From Tricharina praecox (Eukaryota): a stretch of DNA of 64,000 nt. The stretch spans positions 1,054,001 through 1,118,000 of the forward strand of contig NW_026250409.1 of NCBI RefSeq assembly GCF_024521635.1, read 5' to 3'. The notes beneath the pieces are model-generated. The model had not been told where the DNA came from. It worked only from the letters and a program-made list of their open reading frames with translations, and did not search any database. Below, in pieces: positions 62,247-64,000 of this stretch (position 1 is the first letter of the stretch; the number at the start of each line of letters is the position of its first letter). The position numbers and the translations under genes are program-made.

Positions 62247-63687
62247 ATGGATATCTGGAAGGGATCTGTAGATGTTCCCTGTGTCGGCGGCGCGACCCGC
62301 ACCCTTGAGAGTATACTGAATGGAGCTCATAAACTGGAGCGTCCGCTGATGTACTCCAGACCTCTGCCTGTCTACAGACCCAAATACGCCTTCACCCACA
62401 ACCTGGGTTACGAACCACCTCCGGGACCACATCTCGAACAGCAGCTTCTCCTTCCTCTCGTACCTCCCACCGTCACGTATCCCACTCTTCCTTGCCGCCG
62501 GGCCATCGCTACAAGTAGCCACCACATCTCCAGCAACATGTGATTTCTTCCGGAAGCTATTCCTGTCGGCGCTACCCAGAGCAGATGTGGAGGAGGAGAC
62601 CACCGAGCAGTCGCGCATCGCGCTTCTCCTGCAGGTGCACGCCAACCCAACCGACAGCCTTGACGAGGTGAATCCTGGGGACTGGGGGATTACCGAAATC
62701 CTCATCTACGGCGCGATGACGTATACTACCCCTCCCTCGGAGGACTCTGCAACAACACCACCCCACTCCTCGCCAGATCTCCCACCGGTCCCCATCGTCT
62801 CGGTACATGCGCTCCCGCTATCCTCGCGCCACAACTTCGCCGCATACATCCAGGTGAAGGCTGAGCCGGACCAGGAGGATGCAAGGTACATCGCGCCGAA
62901 TCCGCAGGATGTGCTCAATCCGTTTATTTCGCGCTCGACGAAGAAGCGGCGTGCAGATGCGCTCGACAGAGTCGTCGATAAGAAGGTGAAGAGACATAAG
63001 TCCGATGATGGGGTGATGGGTGATGGGCGGAACGCGTTGGGAGGGAGAAATAATAATGCCGGGAGTCTCCCATCGCCGACGGAGGAGTTGCCGGACCTTA
63101 CGGGACCCCTCGTAACCAAGAAGCGGAAGTCGCTGGCCAGTATGGGGGAATTTCAGGCGCAGCCGAAGGGGTTCCAGCGCGCAAATAGCATGTTTAACCT
63201 TTCGGATCGCAAGCCCGCCGCTCTTGTCCCGAGACCACGCTCCTCGTCATCCCGATTGGTCGAGAAGAACCTGATCAAGAAAGAGCCGGATGCGGTTGAG
63301 CGGTCCGAAATTGAGAGCAAGAACCGCGATCTACTCAATAAGATCGTGTTGGAGGAAATGAGGCGGCGCGGGTTGAAGGACTACCGGAAAGACAAGGATC
63401 AACGGGCCAAGTCCATTATGCCCGCCGGGGAAGAAGTAGTGGAAGTTGCTGTTCTAGATGAAGAGAAGGAGCAGTGGAGAAAGTGGGAGGCTGAGAGAGA
63501 AGAGTATAAAGGTGTTTTTCATCATACTGTCAAAGCTGCCGTGTTTGCGCTGCGGCACGATGGGTTCAGTGAGGTCATAATAGTGGCGGAGAGGATGAGG
63601 CGGGCTGCTGATCTTTTGCTCAGCGTGTTTTTGGGTGATAGGAAGGAGGACGCTGTCGATGTGGTGAGACAGCCGGTTGAAGGATAG
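62247..63687 (+). CDS. SLD7: Sld7-like protein with Sld7 C-terminal domain (~463 aa); exons 62247-62310, 62360-63687
   Basis: MDIWKGSV, RIPLFLAAGPSL, ITEILIYG and VHALPLSS motifs. The C-terminus KNRDLLNKIVLEEMRRRGL..EYKGVFHHTVKAAVFALR resembles Sld7_C. The intron donor position is uncertain. Confidence 0.65.
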
Positions 63688-64000
63688 GCTGTACTCTCTA
63701 TCCTGTTGGAGCGTTATGGGTGTAATTGTAGGGCGGTGTTTTGGTTTTCCTTTATTCACACGGCATTCTATGGTGATGAATTTATTTTGGCGTCTATACT
63801 CGGGTTCACTTTTTGTATATAGCAATACCAATGTCTATATCTCGCATTCACATACCTCTTACCCCTCCATCGCTACGATGCATGTTCATAATCTCTCGCT
63901 CGTTGTTTAGGGTTACCAGCAACCTCAAACACCAGCGGCTCTCATAAACGTTTCATCTCTGTCGTCCGCCGTTATGAGACTATCATTCATAAGCATTGGC

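Overview
Eukaryotic genomic DNA from a filamentous ascomycete, judged from GT..AG introns with CTRAY branch points, the gene set and microsatellite-rich intergenic DNA. A Pezizomycete/Pyronemataceae-like host is a guess. I built about 19 spliced gene models by hand. In order they are: TRS120 (partial), a DUF2011-like protein, MTQ1, a small membrane protein, SEC16, a CCCH zinc-finger gene, a 1667-aa GHKL-ATPase/DUF3684-type protein, a TDA3-like FAD oxidoreductase, a DCG1-like hydantoin racemase, L-galactonate dehydratase, an F-box/ankyrin protein, a bilirubin-oxidase-type multicopper oxidase, a small Gly-rich repeat protein, a secreted BBE-like FAD oxidase, a hypothetical protein, an atypical SDR, the formin SepA/Bni1 and an Sld7-like protein. 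No intact transposon, tRNA, rRNA or CRISPR array was found. The most notable observations are: the sacsin-like ATPase ending in a HExxH motif and a PPxY tail; a multicopper oxidase whose tail contains RR-delimited tandem peptides; decayed CCCH fingers upstream of the intact CCCH gene; an SDR lacking its catalytic residues; and a recurring 5' C-rich / 3' G-rich polarity within genes. Family assignments come from motif recognition, not database searches.
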